Position numbers and translations under genes: made by a program. Positions 21,455 to 30,183 of a DNA stretch of 64,000 nucleotides are shown here, in pieces. The notes beneath the pieces are model-generated. The model had not been told where the DNA came from. It was given only the letters and a program-made list of their open reading frames with translations, and made no database searches. This stretch comes from Candidatus Bathyarchaeia archaeon. Its GTDB lineage: Archaea; Thermoproteota; Bathyarchaeia; Bathyarchaeales; Bathycorpusculaceae. Numbering within the stretch: position 1 is the first letter of the stretch; each line of letters starts with the position of its first letter. The DNA lies in NCBI GenBank assembly GCA_038727135.1, contig JAVYWL010000001.1:608001-672000 (forward strand), given 5' to 3'.

Positions 21455-21489
21455 TCAATTTTGCTGAGGGTGGCGAACTGCAAAATTGA
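21455..21489. terminator. Hairpin between convergent genes
   Basis: TCAATTTTGC-15nt-GCAAAATTGA perfect 10-bp inverted repeat. Confidence 0.35.
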
Positions 21490-21618
21490 TAGCCCCTCTC
21501 TATAGATTTTGGCTATCGGGAAAATGGTTGTTGAAAACTGTTTAAAGTGACCTCCCCCCTCCCTCTAGCCTTTTCTATGAATTTTTAGCTGAGAAAACCG
21601 CCAATAGTGACTCTACCT

Positions 21619-22398
21619 CTATAGTGATGGCAGATATTTAGGTTGGTACCTCCACATGTCCTTTCCAACTTTCTCGGAGGGGATCCCTTCTCGAATTAGA
21701 AGTTCTCTCAGTTCGTCAACAACTTCTTGGACTATTTTACGTTTTAAGTTGAAGGCTTCGCTGTCGAAACTGTTGGTTTGGACCAGTTGCCTTATCTTTT
21801 CCTCATATTTTTCTGGTTCCTTTTCCAATTTTCGCAGTTCACGAAGCCTCCATTTCCGATAAGGCATAAAATTGTTGTTAATGATGAAGAGGAGGGCTGT
21901 AAATATTTCAACGGCGTTGTTTAGGCAAAGTTGCGCGGTAATTGGGTCCTTTCTCAGCAGTGCCTTTTTCGAAATTGTACGGTGCCTCCGCCCATCCATA
22001 ATAGAAGTAGGAGAACATTTTCTCCCTTCGAATGTCTTCGGGATACCTCCTATACTTCTCTAACAAGCGGCTCACTTTTCCTGTTGGGTCATACATTATT
22101 TTCGATGTGGAATATACCCATAGATTAATGTCGTTTTGCCAACCGCTTAGTTTGGATTCTAGCCTTTCGAAAGGGGTCCATTCCCAGCAAACCTCAACGC
22201 CTTCATATATGGTTTCATCGGCTAAGAAAACGCCCTCTCGGTAACGTTCCTCTGTAATTATAACTTCAAAATCCAAATCTACAAACTGTCTCTTACACCT
22301 ATGGCGGCGGAGCCTTCCAACAAAACGCCCAAAACATCATCGCAGCCAACGAACTTTTCATTTACAAATTTCCTTGCAATTTTTAAAAGACTCGCCAA
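21619..22398 (-). pseudogene. Nucleotidyltransferase (Pol-beta superfamily) plus helical C-terminal domain, two frameshifts
   Basis: TTG 22398 gives ..GVLLEGSAAIGVRDS; a base missing near 22283-22285 breaks the DxD (VDLDFEV); an extra A near 21965-21969 breaks YNFEK/ALLRKD. Confidence 0.75.
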
Positions 22399-22457
22399 GA
22401 ATTGAAGCCTCCATGACTTTTAATTGTTAAAGTGCCTTAATTTTGTTGGAAAGGTTG

Positions 22458-22817
22458 CTATAAGAGTAGAAGCTCTAATGGTTTTAGCTCGCCTGTCACA
22501 GGGTCGACTTGCAGTCCGAGTTCTTCAAGGGTTGTTACGCCCAGAACTTCAGCGTCTGATTTTTCGCCGAAAATTATGATCGAGTAAGTGCTCTGCCCAT
22601 CTATCTCTATTTCCGCGGCTCCAACCTCCCGCTCGACAAGTCTCCCATCAGCCGTTTTGAATTTCCGCTTTCCCTTTGGCTTTATTCGGAGGCCTTCAAG
22701 AAACTCACGTTTAACCATTGTGTATATTGAGCCTGTGTCGGCGAGAAGTTCCCTTTCGACTTCCAGTTCTGGATTGTGGATGTTTCGAATCTTTACCTTG
22801 ACCTTACCATAACCCAT
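22458..22817 (-). CDS. Clan AA aspartyl protease-like protein
   Basis: LADTGSIYT, VLGVTTLEELGLQVDPVTGELK. Confidence 0.85.
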   Translation of the reverse strand: MGYGKVKVKIRNIHNPELEVERELLADTGSIYTMVKREFLEGLRIKPKGKRKFKTADGRLVEREVGAAEIEIDGQSTYSIIIFGEKSDAEVLGVTTLEELGLQVDPVTGELKPLELLLL

Positions 22818-22897
22818 CTTGGCACTTCTCCATTGAATTATTCTTTTGACAACACTAATAAGTGCTTCCCAGCATATCACTGAAACTGGCTGTGGAC

Positions 22898-23500
22898 ATG
22901 AACTCATCAAGGGAGGCTGTTTTGGAGGCTGTTGCTTCAGAGGTTAGGGCTTGCAAAAAGTGTGGTCTTTGGAGAACCCGGAAAAACGCTGTTCCAGGCG
23001 AGGGAGACTCAAACGCCAAAATGATGCTTATTGGGGAGGCCCCGGGCTACTGGGAAGATGTCAAGGGCAGACCTTTTGTTGGGGCTGCCGGAAAGTTTTT
23101 GGATAATCTTTTGGCTGAGGCTGGTCTTTTGCGGGGTCAAGTCTTTATTGGGAATGTTTTGAAGTGCCGCCCGCCGGGGAACCGTGAGCCAGCGCCCTCT
23201 GAAATTGAGGCTTGCACGCCGTTTTTGGATCGGCAGATAATGGCTATAAAACCAAAACTCGTAGTCACCCTTGGAAAATATTCAACTGCGTATATTTTCG
23301 CAAAGGCTGGAATACCTTTCCGGGGAATAACAGAGGCTAGGGGAAAATTTTATCCGGCAAATGTTTTAGGCTTGGCTGTAGTGGTTTTTCCAACTTTTCA
23401 TCCGGCAGCTGGACTTTACAGTGCAAAATATAAACAATTGCTCATTGGCGATTTTAGGCTGCTCAAGGCGAAAATCCAAGAGTTGGGCTTAGCCGTTTAA
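22898..23500 (+). CDS. udg: Family 4 uracil-DNA glycosylase
   Basis: CKKCGL Fe-S motif, IGEAPG, PFVGAAG, KCRPPGNR, TFHPAA. Confidence 0.94.
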   Translation: MNSSREAVLEAVASEVRACKKCGLWRTRKNAVPGEGDSNAKMMLIGEAPGYWEDVKGRPFVGAAGKFLDNLLAEAGLLRGQVFIGNVLKCRPPGNREPAPSEIEACTPFLDRQIMAIKPKLVVTLGKYSTAYIFAKAGIPFRGITEARGKFYPANVLGLAVVVFPTFHPAAGLYSAKYKQLLIGDFRLLKAKIQELGLAV

Positions 23501-24411
23501 CCCAACTTTTTGGCGGCCTTCAACTCCTTTAGGACTTCTTCTGGGTTTTTGTATGTTTTTGACGGCAGTTCCGCCAGCAGCTCCGCAAGCCTAACCTGTT
23601 TGCCCTCTTCGATTTCCACAAGCCTCCAGCCAACTTTTTTAATAAGCATGCTTTTTGGTGCTGGATACCATGTTTTTTCAATAACGCTTTTTATGGATTC
23701 CAAGCCAACAGAGCCTGTGATTTTTGGGAATTTCCCGCTGGAGAGGTATTGCCTAAAGCGTAGTCCGTCCTCGAACATGGCGAGGTTATTGAAAAGCACA
23801 TAAACCGTTTTGTCCTCTGCCTCAAAATTTTTGGCTATTTCGCTGAGTTGCCGCAGTTCCCCGTCTGTGTACTGGTAATAGTATAATTCCTCACCTAAGC
23901 CATGCAGCCTAAAATAGACTGTTTGGCTCGTGTAGGCTGGCAAAACTCTAAATGGGTCTGTCACATGCACCACATCTAAGCGGCTTAAAACTTGCCTTAG
24001 CCTTTCATAGACCTCTGGTTTTTCCCATTCTGGTCCGCGGGTCTCCCATACAAGGGTTAAGCCTTCACGGTCCACAGCCCCGAAGAATTTTTCTGCTTCG
24101 CTGAGCTTGTCTGGTCGGAAGGAGCCGGGCGTCTGTATCAGCAGTATTTTCGCCTCCAGTGTTTTGCATATTTGTTTCATGGTTTCGAAGGCTTTTCTGC
24201 TTGTTTCGTCCAGCCGCATTTTCGCTTTGTGGCTTATGTCTTGGTGGGCTTTGACTGTGAATTCGAAGTTTTCCGGTGCTTTCTCACGCCATCCCTCAAC
24301 AGTCTCCAGCCTTGGATACTCGTAGAATGTGCTGTTCAGCTCCACTAGGTTGTAGTTTTCAAAGTAGCGTTTCATGCTCGTTGGGAAACCGCAACACCCA
24401 ACCTTTATCAA
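23497..24411 (-). CDS. DUF72 family protein with C-terminal extension
   Basis: IKVGCCGF, VELNSTFY, FTVKA, YFRLHG, YVLFNN. Confidence 0.9.
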   Translation of the reverse strand: MIKVGCCGFPTSMKRYFENYNLVELNSTFYEYPRLETVEGWREKAPENFEFTVKAHQDISHKAKMRLDETSRKAFETMKQICKTLEAKILLIQTPGSFRPDKLSEAEKFFGAVDREGLTLVWETRGPEWEKPEVYERLRQVLSRLDVVHVTDPFRVLPAYTSQTVYFRLHGLGEELYYYQYTDGELRQLSEIAKNFEAEDKTVYVLFNNLAMFEDGLRFRQYLSSGKFPKITGSVGLESIKSVIEKTWYPAPKSMLIKKVGWRLVEIEEGKQVRLAELLAELPSKTYKNPEEVLKELKAAKKLG

Positions 24412-24434
24412 GGCTTAAATCGCCTCGCACATGC

Positions 24435-25202
24435 TTATGTGCTTACTTTTGGGGGTGGGCGGACCGCCTTGCCAAGCTTCCTTCTTAGGGCTATGCGGTA
24501 AAGCTTCCTTAAAGACTTTACAAGCTGCTCAACGGTTGGCAGAGTCGAATAAATTAGGGGTATACGGTCATACTCCGCCAGCCTAATCGAATATTCGTCC
24601 GGCTTCACACCATGAAAAACAACAACTTTCGGTTTTAGGCTGCTCATTCGAACAAGCATCATGGGAGAATTCTCATCTCCGATGTTTGTGAAGATTAGGG
24701 CTCTTTCTGTTGTGGCTCCGAAAAGCTGTGAATACTCAAAACCCGAAAGCGTCTCAATGGTCTTCTTGCTGTCCACAACCGTATAGCCCAAAACATCCCT
24801 AACGTTTAGGCTGGAACAAGCCACAATTTCGCCTTTGATGGCTTTACATAAATATTCTACGCGTACTGGGATGGGGAACTCACGTAAATCAATAACAGCC
24901 ATGCTTGGCGAACTTGTAAGTTTTGCGAACTCGCGGATGAAGCGGCTCCCCCGCTCCTCATCAATCTTTAGTAGTGCCCAAACAAAACGGCGGACAAACT
25001 TTGTTCCCGGGCTTTTGCGTCTTCCGCTTTCATAATCGCTTATCACAGATGGCGAAAGCATCATTTTATCAGAAAGTGTTATCTGGGAAATGCCGAAAAG
25101 CTCTCGCCACTTCCGCATGGTGGCGCCCGGCTTGTTGGAGAGGATAATCTCGCCGGCAATTCGTCTTGCAAGAACTTCGCGAACGCTTGGAGACACAGAC
25201 AT
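24435..25202 (-). CDS. Conserved archaeal HTH transcriptional regulator (COG1709-like)
   Basis: IAGEIILS..MRKWRELFGISQ..SVISDYESGRRKSPG, TTERALIFT. Confidence 0.88.
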   Translation of the reverse strand: MSVSPSVREVLARRIAGEIILSNKPGATMRKWRELFGISQITLSDKMMLSPSVISDYESGRRKSPGTKFVRRFVWALLKIDEERGSRFIREFAKLTSSPSMAVIDLREFPIPVRVEYLCKAIKGEIVACSSLNVRDVLGYTVVDSKKTIETLSGFEYSQLFGATTERALIFTNIGDENSPMMLVRMSSLKPKVVVFHGVKPDEYSIRLAEYDRIPLIYSTLPTVEQLVKSLRKLYRIALRRKLGKAVRPPPKVST

Positions 25203-25315
25203 ACTAATGTTACCCTTCTAGTCCGCCAAGATTCACCTCTAGAAACATGCCGATATAAAACTGTACCGCTTTTGTGGCACGGGGGTGGTGAGATAAAGAA
25301 AAAGGATGGAGTGGG

Positions 25316-26410
25316 TTAGAGGATGGACTCTCTGTTAAGCGGAAACGCCGTAGTCGCCCGAATGTCATCAGCGCCTAAGACAAACTGTGTCACCCTGTTA
25401 AGCCCTATGCCACACCCGGAATGTAGAATTCGGTGCTCCTTGTAGAAATCCAAGTACCAATCGAAGTCTTCGATGCTTCCACCTTTTTCCACAAGCTGCT
25501 TAAACATTGTTGAGTTCACAAGCCTCTCGTAAAGTTTCTCGTAGCGGTATTCCCGTTCAGCCGCGCCGACGGCTTCTCCGCTCATGGGCAGTAGTAAATC
25601 TGCACTGTTGACAATGTTTGGGTTTTCGTCGTTTTCTCTCATGTTGAAGAATTTTATGGCTTTGGGAAAGTGGGTCACAAACAGTGGCTTATTGCCAACC
25701 ATATGGACAAGAGCTTTTTCATGCGTGCTTTTTAGGTCGTCGCCCCATTTTACGCCATAATCCGCCAGCAGACCGACAGCCTCTGTATAGGTTATTTTTT
25801 CGAAAGGCTTCCTAACCCGCTTTAAACGCTCCGAATCCACGCCGAGAAGCTCCAGTTCCTTTTCACGTTCGGCAAGCACGCAGCCCACCATTGAGCATAT
25901 TACGCCCTCAATGTGTTCTAACAGCTGCCTAAAGTCCCCGGCGAACTCCAACTCTATTAAGGTGAACTCTGTCAAGTGGCGTTCATCCACGGATGGCTCA
26001 GCCCTGAAGCTTGGTCCGATGCACCAGACCTTGCCGAGGAATGGTGTTAAAACCTCTAGGTAGAGTTGGGCTGTTTGGCTTAGGTAGCGCTTTCTGCCAA
26101 AATAGTCCACCTCAAACATCGTGGCAATATTTTCACACGCACCAGTTGCCCTTGTTAGGTGAGGAACAACAATCTCAATGAAGCCATGCTCCTCAAAGTA
26201 GCGTCTAGCACCCTTCAGTAGGCTTGCCTCAATTTTAACAACAGCCGACAATTCTGGCTTCGAAAGAAGTTCGTGGCGATTTTTTGTCTCTTTTAGAATG
26301 GAAAGGGGTTTTACACTTTGCTTTTCAGAAATTTTTCCAATCTCACTAAGTTGGGTCTCCACGACCCACACCGGGGATTCAAGGTTCAACCATATAAACC
26401 TTTTCAACAA
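25316..26410 (-). CDS. Archaeal asparagine synthetase A (AsnRS catalytic-core paralog)
   Basis: Class IIb core (FRAEPS..RHLTEFT, GCGIGLNRV) without the N-terminal anticodon OB domain; start uncertain. Confidence 0.82.
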   Translation of the reverse strand: MLKRFIWLNLESPVWVVETQLSEIGKISEKQSVKPLSILKETKNRHELLSKPELSAVVKIEASLLKGARRYFEEHGFIEIVVPHLTRATGACENIATMFEVDYFGRKRYLSQTAQLYLEVLTPFLGKVWCIGPSFRAEPSVDERHLTEFTLIELEFAGDFRQLLEHIEGVICSMVGCVLAEREKELELLGVDSERLKRVRKPFEKITYTEAVGLLADYGVKWGDDLKSTHEKALVHMVGNKPLFVTHFPKAIKFFNMRENDENPNIVNSADLLLPMSGEAVGAAEREYRYEKLYERLVNSTMFKQLVEKGGSIEDFDWYLDFYKEHRILHSGCGIGLNRVTQFVLGADDIRATTAFPLNRESIL

Positions 26411-26431
26411 GCTTTGTGAAAAACGGGCTAG

Positions 26432-27334
26432 TTAGTCCATGAAAATTAGGAAGATTCCAGCCACCACCATGATGGAGCCTACAGCAATTCTAACAGTCAC
26501 TTTCTCCCGTAGAAGGATCACACCAGATAAAGCCGAAAACAAGGGTGTCGTTGAAGATATCGGCACGGCTTGTGATTCTGGGATGTAGATGAAGCTTGTC
26601 GTTAGAAGAAACCATCCAAGTCCTATAGCTATTAAGCCACCAGCCAAAAGCATACCCGCAACCTTTAACCGCATTTCCCGAACTAAACGTTTTGCACCGC
26701 CGAAGGGAGTCAAAGCCAACAGAAAAATTGTCACCGCCACAAGTCTTAAGGCGTTTATGGCGTAGGCTTGCTCCAGACTGGCGGTTGCTTTAACAGCCAA
26801 ATTAATCATTGAAATGCTCACAGACCAAGCAACAGCCGTTGCCAAAGCAAAAATAAGACCTCTCATGCGAAGTTTCATCTGACGCCTATTCTTGTCTACA
26901 CTTTTTTGTCTCTGCTCACCCGTTAAAAGCCAAACTCCAAAAACAATCGCCAAAGCACCAAAGACAACCGGCAACGTGATATTCTCACCAGCCAAAAAAT
27001 AAGCCCAAACAAGGCTGAAAAGAGGGTAAATGCACGTTATCGGAACAGCCCGCGCAACCCCAAGGATTTCAAGGCTGTTCATATAAAGTGTATCACCTAA
27101 ACCTAACCCAATTAAACCACTAACAGAGGCTAACATAATAACTTGAGCTGGCAGACCGGCGAAAACGTGAACTTTTCCGATTAAGGCGAAAATCAAAACC
27201 AAAACAAGGCTTGTCCCGACGCAGCGCACAATATTCGCCGAAACTGGCTTTGTTTCAGCCAAAGCCTTCTTGTAAAGCACAGCCGAAAAAGTCCAGCATA
27301 AAGCTGCTCCAAGGGCAGCCAACTCGCCAATCAT
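26432..27334 (-). CDS. DMT/EamA family transporter
   Basis: About 10 TM helices, two EamA repeats (GVARAVPI, LLREKVT). Confidence 0.9.
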   Translation of the reverse strand: MIGELAALGAALCWTFSAVLYKKALAETKPVSANIVRCVGTSLVLVLIFALIGKVHVFAGLPAQVIMLASVSGLIGLGLGDTLYMNSLEILGVARAVPITCIYPLFSLVWAYFLAGENITLPVVFGALAIVFGVWLLTGEQRQKSVDKNRRQMKLRMRGLIFALATAVAWSVSISMINLAVKATASLEQAYAINALRLVAVTIFLLALTPFGGAKRLVREMRLKVAGMLLAGGLIAIGLGWFLLTTSFIYIPESQAVPISSTTPLFSALSGVILLREKVTVRIAVGSIMVVAGIFLIFMD

Positions 27335-27408
27335 TATAGACAGCCAACTTTAGAGGAGAAACTGCTAAAACCATTAAAATATTTTAATCTTTCATGAGCT
27401 GAACTGGA

Positions 27409-28107
27409 ATGCAGTCCCTCACTGTTTACTGGTGCGCAGAAGTTACCTCAAAATTTCCACAGCTAGCCATAAGCATAGGCACAATAAACAACGTTATGGT
27501 GGAGAAGGAAAACCTGAAAATAAAAGAGCTTAAAAAAGCCTTGTACGCGGAGGCCAGAGCCCAACATGCTATTGAAGGGCTTAAGGAAAACCCAACCGTT
27601 AGAGCCTACAGAGACTTTTATTGGCGGCTTGGCATAGACCCAACCAAAACAAGGCCTTCAGGCGAAGCGCTGCTTAGGCGGGTTTTACATGGCGATGAAC
27701 TCCCAACCATCTCAACGGCTGTGGATGCCTACAATTTGGCTTCTATGAAGACAATAATTCCCATAAGCGGCTTTGATAGGGACACGCTTAATCCACCCTT
27801 CAACGTGCGGTTTGCGGAGAACGGCGAGCCATTCACTGGGATTGGAATGGAAAAGCCAATGGCGTTGACAAGTAACATGCTTGTTTTAGCCGACACCAGA
27901 AGGGTTTTATGTATATATCCCCACAGAGACGCAGACCAAACGAAAATCACGCTTAACACAAAAAACATACTTTTGGTGGCGTATGGTGCGCCGGGAATAA
28001 CCCACCAGCAGCTTGAAGAGGCGGTTAAGACAGCCTTAGAATACATTAGGGCGTGCTGCGGAGGAGAAGTTGAAATGATAAAGGTTTTTAGCTCCACACC
28101 AAAATAG
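27409..28107 (+). CDS. Stand-alone B3/B4 (PheRS-beta editing-like) domain protein
   Basis: AYRDFYWRLGIDPTKTRPSGEALLRRV, VDAYNLAS. Confidence 0.9.
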   Translation: MQSLTVYWCAEVTSKFPQLAISIGTINNVMVEKENLKIKELKKALYAEARAQHAIEGLKENPTVRAYRDFYWRLGIDPTKTRPSGEALLRRVLHGDELPTISTAVDAYNLASMKTIIPISGFDRDTLNPPFNVRFAENGEPFTGIGMEKPMALTSNMLVLADTRRVLCIYPHRDADQTKITLNTKNILLVAYGAPGITHQQLEEAVKTALEYIRACCGGEVEMIKVFSSTPK

Positions 28108-28124
28108 GTTCTGGGTGCTTAGCC

Positions 28125-28895
28125 TTGTCCTTTAAAGAGAAAATGGCCGAAACGGCCAGAAAAAGGGGGTCAAACATCGTTTTGGCTTTAGACTTCCCCT
28201 ACGAAAAGCCTGAAAGCCGCCAAACCCTCTGTAAAAGGGCTGAAAAGATTATTGAAGATGTGGGTTCCTACATCTGTGCCGTCAAATTTAACCATCACCT
28301 TGTTTTGCCGCTGGGAGTCTTCAACGGCGTCCAAAAACTCTTGGAAAAGGCGCGTGAAAAAGGGCTTCTCACTATAATGGACTGCAAGGTAAACGACATA
28401 GGCTCAACAAACCAGGTAATCGCCGAATACTACTATGAGGCTGGCTTCGACGCTTTGATTGCTAATCCCTTCGTTGGGTGGGAGGAAGGCCTAAAACCAG
28501 TCTTCGAAGTGGCAAGTAATCAGCGTAAAGGTGTTATCCTACTCGTCTATATGAGCCATAAAGGAGCTGGCGAAGGCTATGGGCAAATAGTGGTGGACGC
28601 CGAAAGCGGACAGAAAAAGCCTCAATATATTATTTTTGCCGAAAAAGCTCTAACGTGGGGTGCGGATGGCGTTGTGGTCGGCGCTACGTACCCTGAAAAA
28701 ATAAGGGAAGTGTACAAGGTTTTGGGCAGGAAAATCCCGATTTATTCGCCGGGGGTGGGTGTTCAAGGGGGTGAAATAGAATCCACCATAAAGGCTGGCG
28801 CCTCCTACATCATTGTGGGGCGGGCTATAACCCTTTCCGAAAATCCGGCTGAAACAGCCAAAAGGATTAGGGACGCTGCCAAAAGCGTTAAATGA
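28125..28895 (+). CDS. pyrF: Orotidine-5'-phosphate decarboxylase
   Basis: VLALD, DCKVNDIGST, PGVGVQGG, IIVGRAI. Confidence 0.93.
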   Translation: MSFKEKMAETARKRGSNIVLALDFPYEKPESRQTLCKRAEKIIEDVGSYICAVKFNHHLVLPLGVFNGVQKLLEKAREKGLLTIMDCKVNDIGSTNQVIAEYYYEAGFDALIANPFVGWEEGLKPVFEVASNQRKGVILLVYMSHKGAGEGYGQIVVDAESGQKKPQYIIFAEKALTWGADGVVVGATYPEKIREVYKVLGRKIPIYSPGVGVQGGEIESTIKAGASYIIVGRAITLSENPAETAKRIRDAAKSVK

Positions 28896-28914
28896 AAAGG
28901 GGATTGTGCGCGAT

Positions 28915-29067
28915 TTATCTCTCCTTCCTTTCCCAAAGCTCCTTTTTGAGAAGGTCTCTTACAGCCGACCTTATGGCTGCGCTTCTGCTGGGATACATGT
29001 TCGCCCTCACAAGCTCGTCTAACCCTTCCAAATAGGCTTCGGGTAACAGCACTGTTACGAGTTTCAC
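28915..29067 (-). CDS. Small ribbon-helix-helix (CopG/CdrS-like) protein, 50 aa, not in the ORF track
   Basis: GTG start gives MKLVTVLLPEAYLEGLDELVRANMYPSRSAAIRSAVRDLLKKELWERKER. Confidence 0.88.
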   Translation of the reverse strand: MKLVTVLLPEAYLEGLDELVRANMYPSRSAAIRSAVRDLLKKELWERKER

Positions 29068-29116
29068 TCTCCCACCCCTAACATGTTATGCTTATAATAT
29101 GCTCCAAATATAAGAT

Positions 29117-29485
29117 TTAAACAAGTTTCCCGATTATGCGCTCCTCTGAAGCCTGTAGCTCTTTCATGACGCTTTGAAATGTTTTTGGTATGTCTTCTAT
29201 GTGTATGGCTCTGCGGCGGATTCCCTCTTGAATGGTTCCAGCAGCTATCAGGAGGCTTCCCAACACGTCGCTTAGGACGGGTTCTGGGAAAACTATTAGG
29301 GCTAAGCCCAGCTTGATGAGCCATGGCTTATTGCCGTTTTTCCAAAGCTTTTTGGAAGCCTTCACCTCCCTTACGGTGCCACTTAAAGACTGGAGGAAGT
29401 CGGCATAACTATCATTTAACTCGTTTAATGCTGTGGCTAGGGCTTTAGCCTCTTCTGGTTTCAGAGGAACCCCTCCTATTGGCAA
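29117..29485 (-). CDS. Hypothetical protein with a hydrophobic hairpin
   Basis: 122-aa ORF with LIKLGLALIVFPEPVLSDVLGSLLIAAG segment. Confidence 0.65.
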   Translation of the reverse strand: MPIGGVPLKPEEAKALATALNELNDSYADFLQSLSGTVREVKASKKLWKNGNKPWLIKLGLALIVFPEPVLSDVLGSLLIAAGTIQEGIRRRAIHIEDIPKTFQSVMKELQASEERIIGKLV

Positions 29486-29696
29486 AAGACAAGTGATGCA
29501 GTGATGCAGAAAAACTTTAACAGTTGAGAAAAGGCTTTTTCATGCTTTTCAAGTCTAAGAGGGGTTGCCGTTTTTAAAAGTCTGTTTCAAACTCCGTCTG
29601 GTTTCATTTGGCTTTTGATGTTTAAAGATGAAATTTTGTTAGGCGACGACGTGAATTAACCAAAAATATTATTTCTGAAACCTAAATAACCGTGGT

Positions 29697-30161
29697 TTGT
29701 GCAGGTGGTTTGCCAACTTGACCGATGAGCAGTACGGTTTCATTTTGCTTTCCGACGAGAAGTGGTGGAGTAGGCTTTGTGAAAGGTGCAAAAGTGGCAA
29801 GAAAACACATGCTTTTGTTCGGAGAAACGTTGTTGGTCCTAAAAGAGCTGAAAAATTGTTGTTTTATGTTAAGCGTCCATCTATGCAAATTAAGGGAGTC
29901 GCAGACTTCATAGAGCGGGTTGCCGGCGACTCTAAGAAACTTTGGGAAAAATATGGGGATGAAACGTGCCTAAACTCTTTCAAGGAATATTTGGCTTTTC
30001 TTAAGGGGAGAGAGAAAGCCACATTCATTAGGTTTACAAACTTCTGCGAGCTTAAAACCCCCGTCTCTTTTGAGGCTTTTAAGAGGCTTTCAGGCGTTTT
30101 GAAGGTGCCTAGAGGCGGTAAATACATAAATCGCGAAATAGTAAATCAGTTAATCACTTAA
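29697..30161 (+). CDS. Hypothetical PUA-like (EVE/ASCH/DUF365-type) protein
   Basis: KLLFYVKRPSMQIKGVA, LWEKYG, EYLAFLKGR pattern. Confidence 0.6.
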   Translation: MCRWFANLTDEQYGFILLSDEKWWSRLCERCKSGKKTHAFVRRNVVGPKRAEKLLFYVKRPSMQIKGVADFIERVAGDSKKLWEKYGDETCLNSFKEYLAFLKGREKATFIRFTNFCELKTPVSFEAFKRLSGVLKVPRGGKYINREIVNQLIT

Positions 30162-30183
30162 AAGTGAAGGGGCTTAAACACGT

